From: a virus
Lineage: Duplodnaviria; Caudoviricetes
Reading direction: 5' to 3' (one strand)
Virus record (IMG/VR): IMGVR_UViG_3300028797_000148
Location: 20,653 to 84,652 of that record
Length of the DNA: 64,000 nucleotides
Shown in pieces: positions 7,982 to 17,443 of this stretch; the stretch's first letter is position 1, and each line of letters begins with the position of its first letter. A program made the position numbers and the translations under genes. The notes under the pieces are model-generated. The model was given only the letters and a program-made list of their open reading frames with translations, searched no databases and had not been told where the DNA came from.

Positions 7982-8407
7982 ATGGATTACGGCGACTACA
8001 TAAACGGCCACATCGAAAGGATGGCGCAAGGTGGGTACAGCGGCCAATTGACGGTCGAAGGTATCGACCTTTCGCCAATTGAGGCTCAGTTCTTTAAAAA
8101 GGATGGCGATATTTTCTGTTTCATCAAGCGCAAACCAATCATGCAGTACAACCACGAAACGCAAAGCTACAGCACAAGGGAGCGCAAGCCTGCATTGCAG
8201 ATATACATGAAGAAACAGATTAACCCCGACGGTGTGGTGGCCTTTGCTGGCGATTTTATGTTTATGCGGTTCAAGTTCAAGATTGAGGGCGTTTGGGATA
8301 AGATATTAGGCAAGGAAAAGCACCGCCTTAATCTTTTCGTGGAACGTCTGCCGTTATCAGAACAGACACTTTTGCTAAGTATCAACGAAAAAAAGCGTAA
8401 GGCATGA
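7982..8407 (+). CDS. Hypothetical protein
   Basis: 141-aa ORF; stop overlaps the next start. Confidence 0.65.
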   Translation: MDYGDYINGHIERMAQGGYSGQLTVEGIDLSPIEAQFFKKDGDIFCFIKRKPIMQYNHETQSYSTRERKPALQIYMKKQINPDGVVAFAGDFMFMRFKFKIEGVWDKILGKEKHRLNLFVERLPLSEQTLLLSINEKKRKA

Positions 8408-8895
8408 AAACCGATGAGCAGATAAAGAACGATTGGCAGAAACTCGAGACGGAAAATATCGAGAAAGCCTGCGATTTATTGCGTCAGCATGAAAGCCGCA
8501 TCGAGGATTACATGGCCGATATTGTTGCATCGCTGTGTAACGTGGATTGTGCCGAAATGCTGACTAATTCATCTGTTGCTTATTTGGCGCAGGCGCGTTG
8601 GCTGTATTGGTATGCCATCCGTTACATGACGAATGAAACATACGATAAGATTGCCATGCGTACAACAGCCAAAAGCGGCTGCAAGTTCACACCTAACGGT
8701 ATAGGGCAAAGCATAAACAAGATGGCATTATTGGTAGCCCAAGAGCCCATTTGGGTTAAACGCTGGACTATCATCAAGCACATCATCAAACTGCGGGATT
8801 CAAGCAAGCAGGCGTATCTGCCGCAGGAAACGGTCACTATATATGTTACACCACCGAAAGGCGTAAAGGTAGAAATAAAATCCGATAAACAATAA
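8404..8895 (+). CDS. Putative DnaA domain IV-like (TrpR-type HTH) DNA-binding protein
   Basis: IVASLCNVDCAEML...AQARWLYWYAIRYMTNETYDKIA resembles the DnaA C-terminal VxxxYxxxxxxL...ARQxAMYLxxxLTxxSLxxIG pattern. Confidence 0.45.
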   Translation: MKTDEQIKNDWQKLETENIEKACDLLRQHESRIEDYMADIVASLCNVDCAEMLTNSSVAYLAQARWLYWYAIRYMTNETYDKIAMRTTAKSGCKFTPNGIGQSINKMALLVAQEPIWVKRWTIIKHIIKLRDSSKQAYLPQETVTIYVTPPKGVKVEIKSDKQ

Positions 8896-8908
8896 AAATT
8901 TTTAAGTT

Positions 8909-9319
8909 ATGATTTACGAAACAACTGCACAATTTGTCGAGGTCGATAAGAACGGCAACGATAAAGTAAGAAAACAAAAGTTCATTGTTATGGATGCTGC
9001 CAATCACGGCGATGCCGAGGAGCAGACATTTGAGGAATGTGACGGGCATACCGACCTTGATGTCGTGGCCGTTAAGCGTTCTAAAATCAAAGAGATTCTC
9101 AACAGCCGTTCCACCGATGAGGAGAAAATCTTCATTGCGCACGTCGTTGATGTTCAGATTGACGAAGAGGGCGAGGAAAAGGAGCTTGTTTACAAGATGG
9201 CCTTGTACGCATCATCATTCGATAAGGCACACAACTTTATGAACGAATGGCTGAAGCAGGGCTACAACATGCGCCTCGACGGTGTTACCCGTACCAGCTT
9301 TGTAGATACCATCGGATAG
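8909..9319 (+). CDS. DUF4494-like protein
   Basis: Two repeats of a ExGxxKxxxxKFIVxAxxxxxA pattern, recalled from Bacteroidota phage DUF4494. Confidence 0.55.
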   Translation: MIYETTAQFVEVDKNGNDKVRKQKFIVMDAANHGDAEEQTFEECDGHTDLDVVAVKRSKIKEILNSRSTDEEKIFIAHVVDVQIDEEGEEKELVYKMALYASSFDKAHNFMNEWLKQGYNMRLDGVTRTSFVDTIG

Positions 9320-9324
9320 GCCGT

Positions 9325-9738
9325 ATGAAGTATTTCAACAAGAAAGTAAGATATGGCGGTTTCACGTTCGATTCAACAAAAGAGCGTGACCGTTATATCC
9401 TGCTTTCCAACATGGAAAAGAAAGGCATTATCCGCGACCTAACGCTGCAAAAGGAGTTTGAACTATTACCCAAGCAAACGCGCATCGAGATAGAACACAA
9501 GAAAACAAAAGATGTTCTGAAAGAGGTTTTTGACGAGCATCCCGTAAAGTATCATTGTGATTTCTATTATTTCGAGGTAAAGTCACAGAAATACGTTATC
9601 GAGGAGATAAAATCCAAGATTACGGAGCAGGTTCGCGACTATCCTTTGCGTAGAAAGCTTGTAAAGTTCAAGGTTCGGCAGATGAATAGGGAGGCTGGAT
9701 ATGATAAATACGTATTCCGTGAAATCATAATGAATTAA
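9325..9738 (+). CDS. DUF1064-like PD-(D/E)xK endonuclease
   Basis: KYFNKKV..GFTFDSTKE..RY, YHCDFYY, VIEEIK. Confidence 0.75.
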   Translation: MKYFNKKVRYGGFTFDSTKERDRYILLSNMEKKGIIRDLTLQKEFELLPKQTRIEIEHKKTKDVLKEVFDEHPVKYHCDFYYFEVKSQKYVIEEIKSKITEQVRDYPLRRKLVKFKVRQMNREAGYDKYVFREIIMN

Positions 9739-9742
9739 CACT

Positions 9743-10372
9743 ATGCTATCATACTTAGATACAAAGAACGTTCTTTTTACAAGGGGTATCAGCTTTGATG
9801 CAAAGCAGTATCTTTTCGTGGCGCAGGTCGTATTGGGCGAGGATGCGGCTACGGCGTATGCTATGGTCTACGACGCATCCAACTTTGCCCGTGAAATAGG
9901 CACGGAGGATGAGCAGGAATATATTGCAAAGTTCACCAAGCCTGCGGAGGTTATGCTCCAGCAGCAAGAGTGCGTGCATCTTAAAGACTACCTTGAAGAT
10001 GCCTACCAAAGCGATATTCAAGCCAAGGCCAGCACGCTCGAAGACTATAAGTTCAGCGGCGCGGACATCCAACAGCTGCTCGCAAACCTCCTGCATAACC
10101 GTGTTGGCGACAGCGGAAGTCTTGACGATGCAAGCGTAAAGGACGTTATATCGCTTATCAAGATGATGTATGAGCAGGGCGCATTGGATTCGGGCGACAG
10201 CTTCCAAAAGCATTTCATACAGATTCACGACCCGTTTAACGCCTTGTGTACCAAATGCGGCCATGAGTTCGAGGCACATGCTGGTATTCATTGCAAATGC
10301 CCGCATTGCGGCCAAGTGTACCAATGGTCTGAGGACGAGCGGCGTTTTTATCCCGATATAGCCACATTGTAA
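9743..10372 (+). CDS. Possible terminase small subunit-like protein with C-terminal Zn ribbon
   Basis: N-terminal KQYLFV...GEDAATAYAMVY resembles the TerS HTH; CTKC and CPHC near the C-terminus. Confidence 0.4.
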   Translation: MLSYLDTKNVLFTRGISFDAKQYLFVAQVVLGEDAATAYAMVYDASNFAREIGTEDEQEYIAKFTKPAEVMLQQQECVHLKDYLEDAYQSDIQAKASTLEDYKFSGADIQQLLANLLHNRVGDSGSLDDASVKDVISLIKMMYEQGALDSGDSFQKHFIQIHDPFNALCTKCGHEFEAHAGIHCKCPHCGQVYQWSEDERRFYPDIATL

Positions 10373-10383
10373 AACAGCGAAAC

Positions 10384-10785
10384 ATGGCAAAGGTAAAATA
10401 CATTCCATGCGACATCTATAAACGTGGCATTTCAATATTCTTTGGCTCGATAAAAGAGTTTAAGGCTTGGGTTAAGAGCGAATACACGGATGGAACTGAT
10501 AAAGGCTTTGCGGAAATGGTTGAAAAACTTGATGAAAATAATGTCGGTATGGCATCTTTCAACTATAACAACCAAGACGGTCAAGGCGTTGTCCTTATTC
10601 CCAAATATCCGAGCAACCCGAAAGAATACGCTGCGTTGGCACACGAATTGTTACATGCAACATTCCATGTGCTTAACTTTTGCCATGTAGAATATTCTTA
10701 CGATGGCAATAACGAAAGCTTTACATATCTGCTGGAACACCTAACAAGGTGGGCTTTGGAAAAGGACGGTTATGAAAATGTATAA
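10384..10785 (+). CDS. HExxH zincin-like protein
   Basis: ALAHELLHA...NESFTYL. Confidence 0.55.
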   Translation: MAKVKYIPCDIYKRGISIFFGSIKEFKAWVKSEYTDGTDKGFAEMVEKLDENNVGMASFNYNNQDGQGVVLIPKYPSNPKEYAALAHELLHATFHVLNFCHVEYSYDGNNESFTYLLEHLTRWALEKDGYENV

Positions 10786-10805
10786 TAAAAAATGAAGAAA
10801 GCATT

Positions 10806-11471
10806 ATGAAAGAATTGTTACCAAGAGAAAGGGCGTTTAAGGTTGTTTGTACCAACGACCGTAATGAAGACCAAGATTTATTTGGTTTCTATCCGAGTGC
10901 CAAGTTCGCAAGCAGGGCTATCCCATTGCTTAAAGAGCAGTACCGCGACTGGATAGAGCGATGTTTCGGCGAGCTTATCGTAAAGCCTACAGACCCCGCC
11001 ATGATTACCCGTCCCGTATGCACGGATTACGAGCACTATAACCGTGCGCTTATCCCAAACGAGGAATGGCAGCGCGTGATAAAAAGCGATGCTGCCGCTG
11101 AGATTTGCAGTAACAACATGACATGCGGCTATGGCTTTTACTACAAACTTTCACAGATGATTAACAAGGAATGGACGGTCGTGGATATTGGCTGTGCCTA
11201 TAATCCGCAGAGCTATCTTTTCCAAAACCATGCCCGTTTTATAGCCGTTAATCCCGAATGGCGCGACAGCGATTTCCACTTTGAGCATTTCCAAGCACCA
11301 AAGACGGAGTTCTATTCCATGACGGGGCAGACGTTTATCAAGGAAAAGCTCGAAGAGTTAAATCTCGACATGTCCCGTACATTCGCCATCTGCAACTACG
11401 TACCCGATGAATCATGCCAACAATGGGTGCGCGAATATTTCAAGAATGTTTGGTGTTACTATCCCGCATAA
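10806..11471 (+). CDS. Hypothetical protein with a class I SAM-binding-like motif
   Basis: TVVDIGCAY resembles methyltransferase motif I. Confidence 0.45.
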   Translation: MKELLPRERAFKVVCTNDRNEDQDLFGFYPSAKFASRAIPLLKEQYRDWIERCFGELIVKPTDPAMITRPVCTDYEHYNRALIPNEEWQRVIKSDAAAEICSNNMTCGYGFYYKLSQMINKEWTVVDIGCAYNPQSYLFQNHARFIAVNPEWRDSDFHFEHFQAPKTEFYSMTGQTFIKEKLEELNLDMSRTFAICNYVPDESCQQWVREYFKNVWCYYPA

Positions 11472-11475
11472 GATT

Positions 11476-11721
11476 ATGAAAACAAAACTTAACGACAACG
11501 AGGTAAAGGAAATCGTGAAAATGCAGCAAAAGATAGATTCCTACGAGGGGTTTATCCGTGCCGCGTTCATCATGGCTAAATCGGGAAAGCATGTGAACTA
11601 TCCTATGTTCGCGCATACCGAATTTGCAGACGAGATGAATTTCATTTGGAAAACCATAAAAGAAAAGTGTGTAGGCAATGAGGGTACGCAAGATAGCAAA
11701 GCAACTAAAGCTGTTCCATAA
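11476..11721 (+). CDS. Hypothetical protein
   Basis: MKTKLNDNEV...; starts just after the previous stop. Confidence 0.5.
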   Translation: MKTKLNDNEVKEIVKMQQKIDSYEGFIRAAFIMAKSGKHVNYPMFAHTEFADEMNFIWKTIKEKCVGNEGTQDSKATKAVP

Positions 11722-11947
11722 GAACGTAACATTTGACAAGGAGGGCTATCCCGTTTGTAAATACAAGATAGCAAACCATTCCGCGAAAACGGACTACATA
11801 ATGCGAATGACAAGAAAGCATTATTTCGGCCTTGCAAAGAAACACGACCCAAACAGCATGATAGGCAAGCTATATATCCATAACGCTTGCAGCCCGTACC
11901 TTTACGAGGAGATAATGGAGTTTTGGGGAATGAACTTGTACGAATAA
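11678..11947 (+). CDS. Hypothetical protein
   Basis: 89-aa ORF, last of the + block. Confidence 0.5.
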   Translation: MRVRKIAKQLKLFHKNVTFDKEGYPVCKYKIANHSAKTDYIMRMTRKHYFGLAKKHDPNSMIGKLYIHNACSPYLYEEIMEFWGMNLYE

Positions 11948-11977
11948 AGCATAAGATTAGCCGCTAACGTGGTTTTT

Positions 11978-12006
11978 AAGCCCGCTAACGGCTTTTCTTT
12001 TTGTTT
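11978..12006 (+). terminator. Intrinsic terminator between convergent blocks
   Basis: AAGCC-CGCTAAC-GGCTT followed by TTCTTTTTGTTTT. Confidence 0.5.
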
Positions 12007-12059
12007 TGATACACTTTACCGACCTGCGATGAAAAACGCGCTTAAAACGCCTAAAAACA

Positions 12060-12446
12060 TTATCTGCACGGCTCGCCTATCTCCTCTACCGCACATTTGG
12101 TTATGTAACCCGTAAGATATGCCGCATCCTCACCATCCCAATCAACACCGTAGTACTCGATAATCGCGTCGGCTACGTGCTTTATTTCGTGGATTAGCGT
12201 AGACCAAAACTCGCTTGGTGATGTGGCCTTGCTTACAAATATGGCCGACATGCGTATATCTGCGTTCGATACGGCCATACCCGTATTGTAGTTTGATAGA
12301 ATCTTCAAAGCCCTGCCTGCGTTCCTATCCGACATGCCAAAGCTGCGCATTATAGCCCAAAGGTCGTCGTAATCGGTAATATCATATCCGCAATTCACGA
12401 TGATACCCCAGCGACCGTCGACATCTATGTATTTCGTTTCAATCAT
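12060..12446 (-). CDS. HExxH zincin-like protein
   Basis: TLIHEIKHVADAI...GEDAAYL; same pattern as 10384..10785. Confidence 0.6.
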   Translation of the reverse strand: MIETKYIDVDGRWGIIVNCGYDITDYDDLWAIMRSFGMSDRNAGRALKILSNYNTGMAVSNADIRMSAIFVSKATSPSEFWSTLIHEIKHVADAIIEYYGVDWDGEDAAYLTGYITKCAVEEIGEPCR

Positions 12447-12452
12447 AAAGCC

Positions 12453-12881
12453 CTACCATGCTGAGTGTATCATACTCTCCCAAAATATAACAACGCCCTT
12501 ACCGCCACAATCGGCAAGGAAACGGTTAAATACAAGCCCTTCATAACCGTCGGGGTCGCAGATAACATCTTCGATATAGCGAGCCATGTGCTCTTCGTCC
12601 TCGATACTGCTGCCCCAATAGTCGGCCTTAACCATGTTTGCCAAGTACAATGCGTCGTATTGCTCGTTTGTGTCAATGTTCACGCTGTACTTTTCAAGCA
12701 TAGCCTTTAACTCCCCCATCGTAAACGGTGTTATACGTTTGATAACGCCCGTTTGCTTATCTTCCCTTTTCATCTTACTAACGGCAAACTCGCAAAGCAG
12801 CTTATTGAAATGCGTGCCGTAATACGAAAGATACTGCTGCATATCTTCGGGAATCAAATAGTTCATCATTGTATTTGCCAT
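12453..12881 (-). CDS. Hypothetical protein
   Basis: 142-aa ORF in a packed operon. Confidence 0.7.
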   Translation of the reverse strand: MANTMMNYLIPEDMQQYLSYYGTHFNKLLCEFAVSKMKREDKQTGVIKRITPFTMGELKAMLEKYSVNIDTNEQYDALYLANMVKADYWGSSIEDEEHMARYIEDVICDPDGYEGLVFNRFLADCGGKGVVIFWESMIHSAW

Positions 12882-13035
12882 AATCTGTTAATTTTTTCCG
12901 ATTTCTTTTACACGTTTCAAGAATATGTTAAATTTCTTGCTAATTCTTGCTAATTCTTTCAAGACTTGCAAGAATTGGAAAGAACTTGAAAGGATTGGAT
13001 AAGGCAAATGCGCATACCCAACCCTTTTGTTCTAT

Positions 13036-13266
13036 CTACACGAAACGGCCTCGACTGTCACGACTGCGACGAAACTCCTCATCCATGTCGTTCTCGCTGT
13101 CCTCCCATCCGTGTTTGTAACCCATGCGGTAGCCTTGTTCGTATTCGTCGCCACGCATCATAGGCGAATAGCCATCGTGACGGTAGCCGCCACGCATCGA
13201 ACGGCGCATTTGCTGACGCATCTTGCCGCCGCCCTCACTTTCCTTGTCTACAAAAATATATCCCAT
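13036..13266 (-). CDS. Hypothetical R/G/M/Y/D-rich protein
   Basis: 76 aa, ends RRSRDSRGRFV. Confidence 0.65.
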   Translation of the reverse strand: MGYIFVDKESEGGGKMRQQMRRSMRGGYRHDGYSPMMRGDEYEQGYRMGYKHGWEDSENDMDEEFRRSRDSRGRFV

Positions 13267-13293
13267 AGTCGTATTTGTTTTTAATGGAAAACA

Positions 13294-13839
13294 TTAGCCT
13301 TGAGACTTTCCTCCCGAACCGTTCAGTTGGCGTAGGATGGCGAGCATTTCGGAATTTTGCGCTTTTAGTTCTGCAAGCTGTGCATCTTGAGCCTTTTGCT
13401 TTTCCTGCAAAGACTGAATGACGCGTGCGTTTTGCTTATTTTCTGCATATTGCGGATTAAGCACCTCAAGCATCTTTTCCGATTCCGAGATAACGCTTTT
13501 GTGAAACGGCACTTGCTCTATCGCTTTTTTTGATGTCTGCAACATCGCATCAACCGCTTGCAACATTGCTTCGCGGCTACCGCTAAACGTATCATTACCT
13601 CTTGCTGCGATTTCGACATTTATAGGAATCTCCGCAAATGTTTCGTCTTTGCCATTTATTGTTGCCACGATGTCAATAACCTGCTGCATCTGCATACCAG
13701 TCATAACATTTGGTGTTTGCGTTGGAAACTTGGCACGCGGCTGAGATTTTGTCTTAACCACGCCAACCTCCAAAACGGGCTTTTCGCCGCGTCTCAAAAC
13801 GTAGAAGGGATTACCACTCCCAAGACTATTGAAATCCAT
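13294..13839 (-). CDS. Hypothetical protein with C-terminal coiled coil
   Basis: 181-aa ORF. Confidence 0.7.
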   Translation of the reverse strand: MDFNSLGSGNPFYVLRRGEKPVLEVGVVKTKSQPRAKFPTQTPNVMTGMQMQQVIDIVATINGKDETFAEIPINVEIAARGNDTFSGSREAMLQAVDAMLQTSKKAIEQVPFHKSVISESEKMLEVLNPQYAENKQNARVIQSLQEKQKAQDAQLAELKAQNSEMLAILRQLNGSGGKSQG

Positions 13840-13865
13840 GTTGTTTTGTTTTTATAAGTTATTAA

Positions 13866-14201
13866 TTAAACTACGGTACGTGACATAAGAGCCAATATGC
13901 CGTTAAACCTATCGTTAAAGATAAGCATTACGTTAGTTCCAAGCACGTCCGCAACCGTTACGGCAGTTCCGTTAGGTAGTGTTAGCGGCCTTGTTACGCC
14001 GTTAAGTGTAAGCGTAATAGGCAATGACGTGGTCGCATCCGATGGGATAGCGTTCTCCATACGGATAGTCAAATATCCGATTGGCTGAATACGCCGCCAG
14101 CCGAGTGCAATATTAACCGCATCTGTACCTACGGTAACTTGTGTGTTCGCGATGTAAGGCTGACCACCAGCATTGATGGTAATGTTTGCACACCCATTCA
14201 T
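13866..14201 (-). CDS. Hypothetical beta-rich protein
   Basis: 111-aa ORF. Confidence 0.65.
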   Translation of the reverse strand: MNGCANITINAGGQPYIANTQVTVGTDAVNIALGWRRIQPIGYLTIRMENAIPSDATTSLPITLTLNGVTRPLTLPNGTAVTVADVLGTNVMLIFNDRFNGILALMSRTVV

Positions 14202-14227
14202 ACCTTTAACCTCCTATGCCTTAATCG

Positions 14228-15178
14228 TTAAAATACAAAGTTGTTGCCACCGAAACCGTTGCCGTAGAAACCACCCATGTACGGAGTAGAATTAACTACT
14301 TGTAAGTTGGGGTATTGTACGGGTACGGTGTTTGGCATCTTGTTCTTGATGTCGTCCACTTGGTTCTGAATGCCTGCGAGCTGACCAAGGATAGGTGCAA
14401 CGGCCTGCTGAACGACGCCAGTAGTGAAGTTTTGTGACTTCAACGTGGCGACCTCGGCGGTCAATGCCGTAATCTCACGGTCTTTGCGGTTGGATTCCAT
14501 TTGGTCGAGCTTGTTGTCAAGCGCAAGATAGTTGCGGTTCATCGTGTCGGTCAAAGCGTATGTCTGTTGACACATCGCCAATTGGTCGGCTGCGGCCTTT
14601 GCGTCTACCTTGTTGCCAACGCCGTTGATTGCGTTTTGCAAGGTGTTCGTTTGCTGACAAGTAGCAAGCTGTTGGTCGCAACAACACTTTTGGAAAGTGC
14701 TTATGATGTTTGCGTCGCCGCTTTGAATTGAATTGATGATTTGCGGTACGCTTACGGCTTGCTGCAATGCCAATGTCTGCAATGCGTTCTGAACCGTCTG
14801 CACGCCTTGATTGACAAGGTTGAAGTCTTGGCCAAGCATCGTTGACAAAGTTTGGATTGCCGTGCGCGATGCCTCGCCTTGGTTCGTGATTGCATTCATG
14901 ATAAGCTCACGACCCGAATCGTTCGACAACTGATTAGCCAAGAAAGCCGCGCCTGAGTTTCCTCCGCCAAAGCCTCCATTGCCAAATCCGCCACCGTTCC
15001 AGCCGAACATTGAAGCAATGATAGCAAGTCCAAATAAATCAGCAATCCCGTTCATGCCGTAGCCGCCGAAACCGCCGAATCCACCCATTCCAAAACCACC
15101 GATGGGAATTGAAAACGGAATGTTACCAAAGCCGCTATTACCGTTTCCGTTCTCGGGTAATTGATAAATTTCTGCCAT
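14228..15178 (-). CDS. Gly-rich protein with hydrophobic segment, CCC motif and coiled coil
   Basis: 316 aa; GGFG repeats, LFGLAIIASMFGW, QKCCCDQQ. Confidence 0.75.
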   Translation of the reverse strand: MAEIYQLPENGNGNSGFGNIPFSIPIGGFGMGGFGGFGGYGMNGIADLFGLAIIASMFGWNGGGFGNGGFGGGNSGAAFLANQLSNDSGRELIMNAITNQGEASRTAIQTLSTMLGQDFNLVNQGVQTVQNALQTLALQQAVSVPQIINSIQSGDANIISTFQKCCCDQQLATCQQTNTLQNAINGVGNKVDAKAAADQLAMCQQTYALTDTMNRNYLALDNKLDQMESNRKDREITALTAEVATLKSQNFTTGVVQQAVAPILGQLAGIQNQVDDIKNKMPNTVPVQYPNLQVVNSTPYMGGFYGNGFGGNNFVF

Positions 15179-15247
15179 TGTTATTTTCCTTTCTTTTCTT
15201 TGTTAAACTTGTTGTTAATTCAAACCGTGTTGTAACGTTACACGGTG

Positions 15248-15278
15248 CAAATTTACATCGTAAGAAAAGAAAGACAAA
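15248..15278 (-). promoter_or_regulatory. Bacteroidota promoter for the 15178-12060 operon
   Basis: Reverse strand TTTG-N19-TAAATTTG. Confidence 0.65.
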
Positions 15279-15309
15279 GCGGGACTTACATAAGTCCGCT
15301 TATATAATA

Positions 15310-15334
15310 TAACGCATTGATAATCAACGTGTTA
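15310..15334. repeat. 25-bp palindromic site, copy A
   Basis: TAAC-GCA-TTGA-TAA-TCAA-CGT-GTTA; related copies at 61133, 62097, 62668, 62819. Confidence 0.7.
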
Positions 15335-15366
15335 TATAAACAAAATCACCAAAACAAAAATTTTTT

Positions 15367-16644
15367 CTATGGATTATCCGATATAAAAGGCTGTGTATCA
15401 ACGGGTATCTCTATGCCAGCCAGCTCAAAATTTATCGGGTCTTTCATGTAATACACCTTTGGATAATCGTCAACACAGCCCGTCCGTTTCGTGTTACGCA
15501 AAAGATGGATGCTTTCGTAGTGGCCTTTTACGTAAATCTTTGACCATATTTCGGGTGAAATCATACCTATAAGCTTGCGACGTATGTGGTACGTATCATA
15601 TTGTCGCATAACACCAAGGTAGCTGTTTATGCTTTGCATGTTATGCACCAGCTTCTTGTGCGATGTGGAAAAGTTGTTTAGGCGGTATATGGCGTCGTAG
15701 GCGTTTCTTACGGTACGAACACCGACGTATGTGCGATATGGCTTAACAACCGCACCTATAAACGCCACACCCTTTGTATAGTGCTGGAAATAGAATTTGT
15801 CGGGATGCAGGTAAACATGCAGGTAAAGGCTCAAGAAACGCCGTATCTTTTCCATGTCCTTGAGCATTTTCTGCTTTTCCTCTTCCGTTTCGCAAACGGC
15901 CATGAAATACCCGTCGTCCACATACCGACCGTGATATTTGTACCCAAGCTTTTCTATGTGAACATCAAGCCAATGCAAAAGGAAATTGGCATTATGCTGG
16001 CTCGGCAGATTACCTATTGGCAATCCAAGACCTGCACCGTTTGTAAATAATGATTTGTTCTTTGGCAATTGCCTCCATAATTCATCGGGGCTATGCCTGC
16101 GGCAGTCCTTTTCGGGCTCATGCAGCATAACCACCTCACTAAGCCAAAGAATATCCTCCTTATCCTCGCCGAAATAGTTGTCCTTGATGAACTGCAAGAG
16201 CATCTTGTTAAGCAGCTGCACATCAATAGACATAAAGAATCCCTGCAAGTCGAATTTGGCTATCCAAACATCTTTCGTGTAACCCTCGCTACATTCGTAC
16301 ATATCCTTTTCCAATTGCGCCACACCGTACATTACGCCCTTACCCTTGCGGCAGTTGAATGTCCTATCTGTGAACAGCTTCTCGAGCAAAGGCTCTACAC
16401 GCATGGCGATATAGTGATGCACGATTCTATCGCGAAATCCCGCAGCGAACACCTCCCGCAGTTTCGGTTTCGTAACCACAAAGGCGATGCTTGTTGATGG
16501 TCGGTAAGTTCGGGCGTTTATCTCATCAGCCAATCTAAGTAAATCCCGCTGATAATCGGGGAAATACTTTATATAAGATGGCGATGATGCCTTGTGAATC
16601 TTACAAATTTGGAATGCCTCAAATAAGTATTCATCCCTTACCAT
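15367..16644 (-). CDS. DGR reverse transcriptase
   Basis: RDRIVHH, KFDLQGFFMSI, GLPIGNLPSQ, GRYVDD, FIGAVV; adjacent TR. Confidence 0.95.
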   Translation of the reverse strand: MVRDEYLFEAFQICKIHKASSPSYIKYFPDYQRDLLRLADEINARTYRPSTSIAFVVTKPKLREVFAAGFRDRIVHHYIAMRVEPLLEKLFTDRTFNCRKGKGVMYGVAQLEKDMYECSEGYTKDVWIAKFDLQGFFMSIDVQLLNKMLLQFIKDNYFGEDKEDILWLSEVVMLHEPEKDCRRHSPDELWRQLPKNKSLFTNGAGLGLPIGNLPSQHNANFLLHWLDVHIEKLGYKYHGRYVDDGYFMAVCETEEEKQKMLKDMEKIRRFLSLYLHVYLHPDKFYFQHYTKGVAFIGAVVKPYRTYVGVRTVRNAYDAIYRLNNFSTSHKKLVHNMQSINSYLGVMRQYDTYHIRRKLIGMISPEIWSKIYVKGHYESIHLLRNTKRTGCVDDYPKVYYMKDPINFELAGIEIPVDTQPFISDNP

Positions 16645-16735
16645 AGCACAAAAATATATTCCGTTATATACCGTCTATTATACCATTCCAATATTGGAGC
16701 GCAAACTTTATTTATTGTCTTGTGTATTCTATCAG

Positions 16736-16839
16736 ATGCGGACACGGGGCGAACTAAGTTCTCATTCGTCTTGTTGTTGTTGTTGAAGTTGCCATTGTTG
16801 AAATTCAGATTCCAAGCATTCGTGGCAGAGTTCTCCGTA
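16736..16839 (-). repeat. DGR template repeat (TR), 104 bp
   Basis: Matches 17584-17687 except at 15 positions, all A in TR on the coding strand; contains 13 AAY codons. Confidence 0.97.
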
Positions 16840-17086
16840 AAACACGTCCGTTTTCTTATTCTTAACTCCTTCATCAGTACCATTGCTGCCGACGACGCGA
16901 GAACAACAATCGCGGCAATGTTTCGGAAAGCGTGATGATGCCCAACAAGAGAGGCCACATTCAATCCTTGTACTGAACGCTGGGAGTGGGACGCCCATTT
17001 GAAAGAAAAACACATTGCTCCCGCCAAACTAAGGCTAAAGAGCCCCCGATGTGAATCTCTACTATATTGAAACATGTCTTTTGTCA

Positions 17087-17443
17087 TTATTTCATAGTAG
17101 CCTTGCGCCAACCAGTCGCCTCGCGGCCTATCTCATCGAGCCTACGGGCGATATTCGCGTGGGATTTTTCGTCGATAATCTTTTTATCCTGCGATAATGC
17201 AAGCAAGAAGAACAATTGCTCTTGCACAAGGATGAAATCCCTGCCAAGCACACGGACACGTTCCTCGGAATTTGGCGGGCAAAGATTAGCCTCAACGATT
17301 TTCATACTAAGCTGTAATGTCAAATCCTCGATGCGGCGGGCTATCGTTGCACGGTATTCCGCTTTAATCTTCTTTGTAACGCCAAACACGTATTTCGCGA
17401 GTTCAAACGTATCTTTGTATATCTTTGTATCTCTTGCAAGCAT
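17087..17443 (-). CDS. avd: DGR accessory variability determinant (Avd-like four-helix bundle)
   Basis: 118 aa, basic and helical (IYKDTFEL...KAEYRATIARRI...IGREATGWRK); lies between target and TR. Confidence 0.85.
   Translation of the reverse strand: MLARDTKIYKDTFELAKYVFGVTKKIKAEYRATIARRIEDLTLQLSMKIVEANLCPPNSEERVRVLGRDFILVQEQLFFLLALSQDKKIIDEKSHANIARRLDEIGREATGWRKATMK

Noticed and set aside
15310-15334. dif/XerCD site
   Set aside because: Lacks the 11-6-11 layout and the TTATGTTAAAT XerD arm; kept only as an unexplained palindrome
15367-16644. RT as a group II intron, retron or Abi RT
   Set aside because: The adjacent TR/VR pair with adenine-only mismatches and avd identify a DGR; no intron domain V or msr/msd was seen
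16638-17111. 157-aa ORF spanning TR
   Set aside because: It is TR read in the target frame (poly-Asn) and overlaps both avd and RT; AAY-rich TRs stay open without coding
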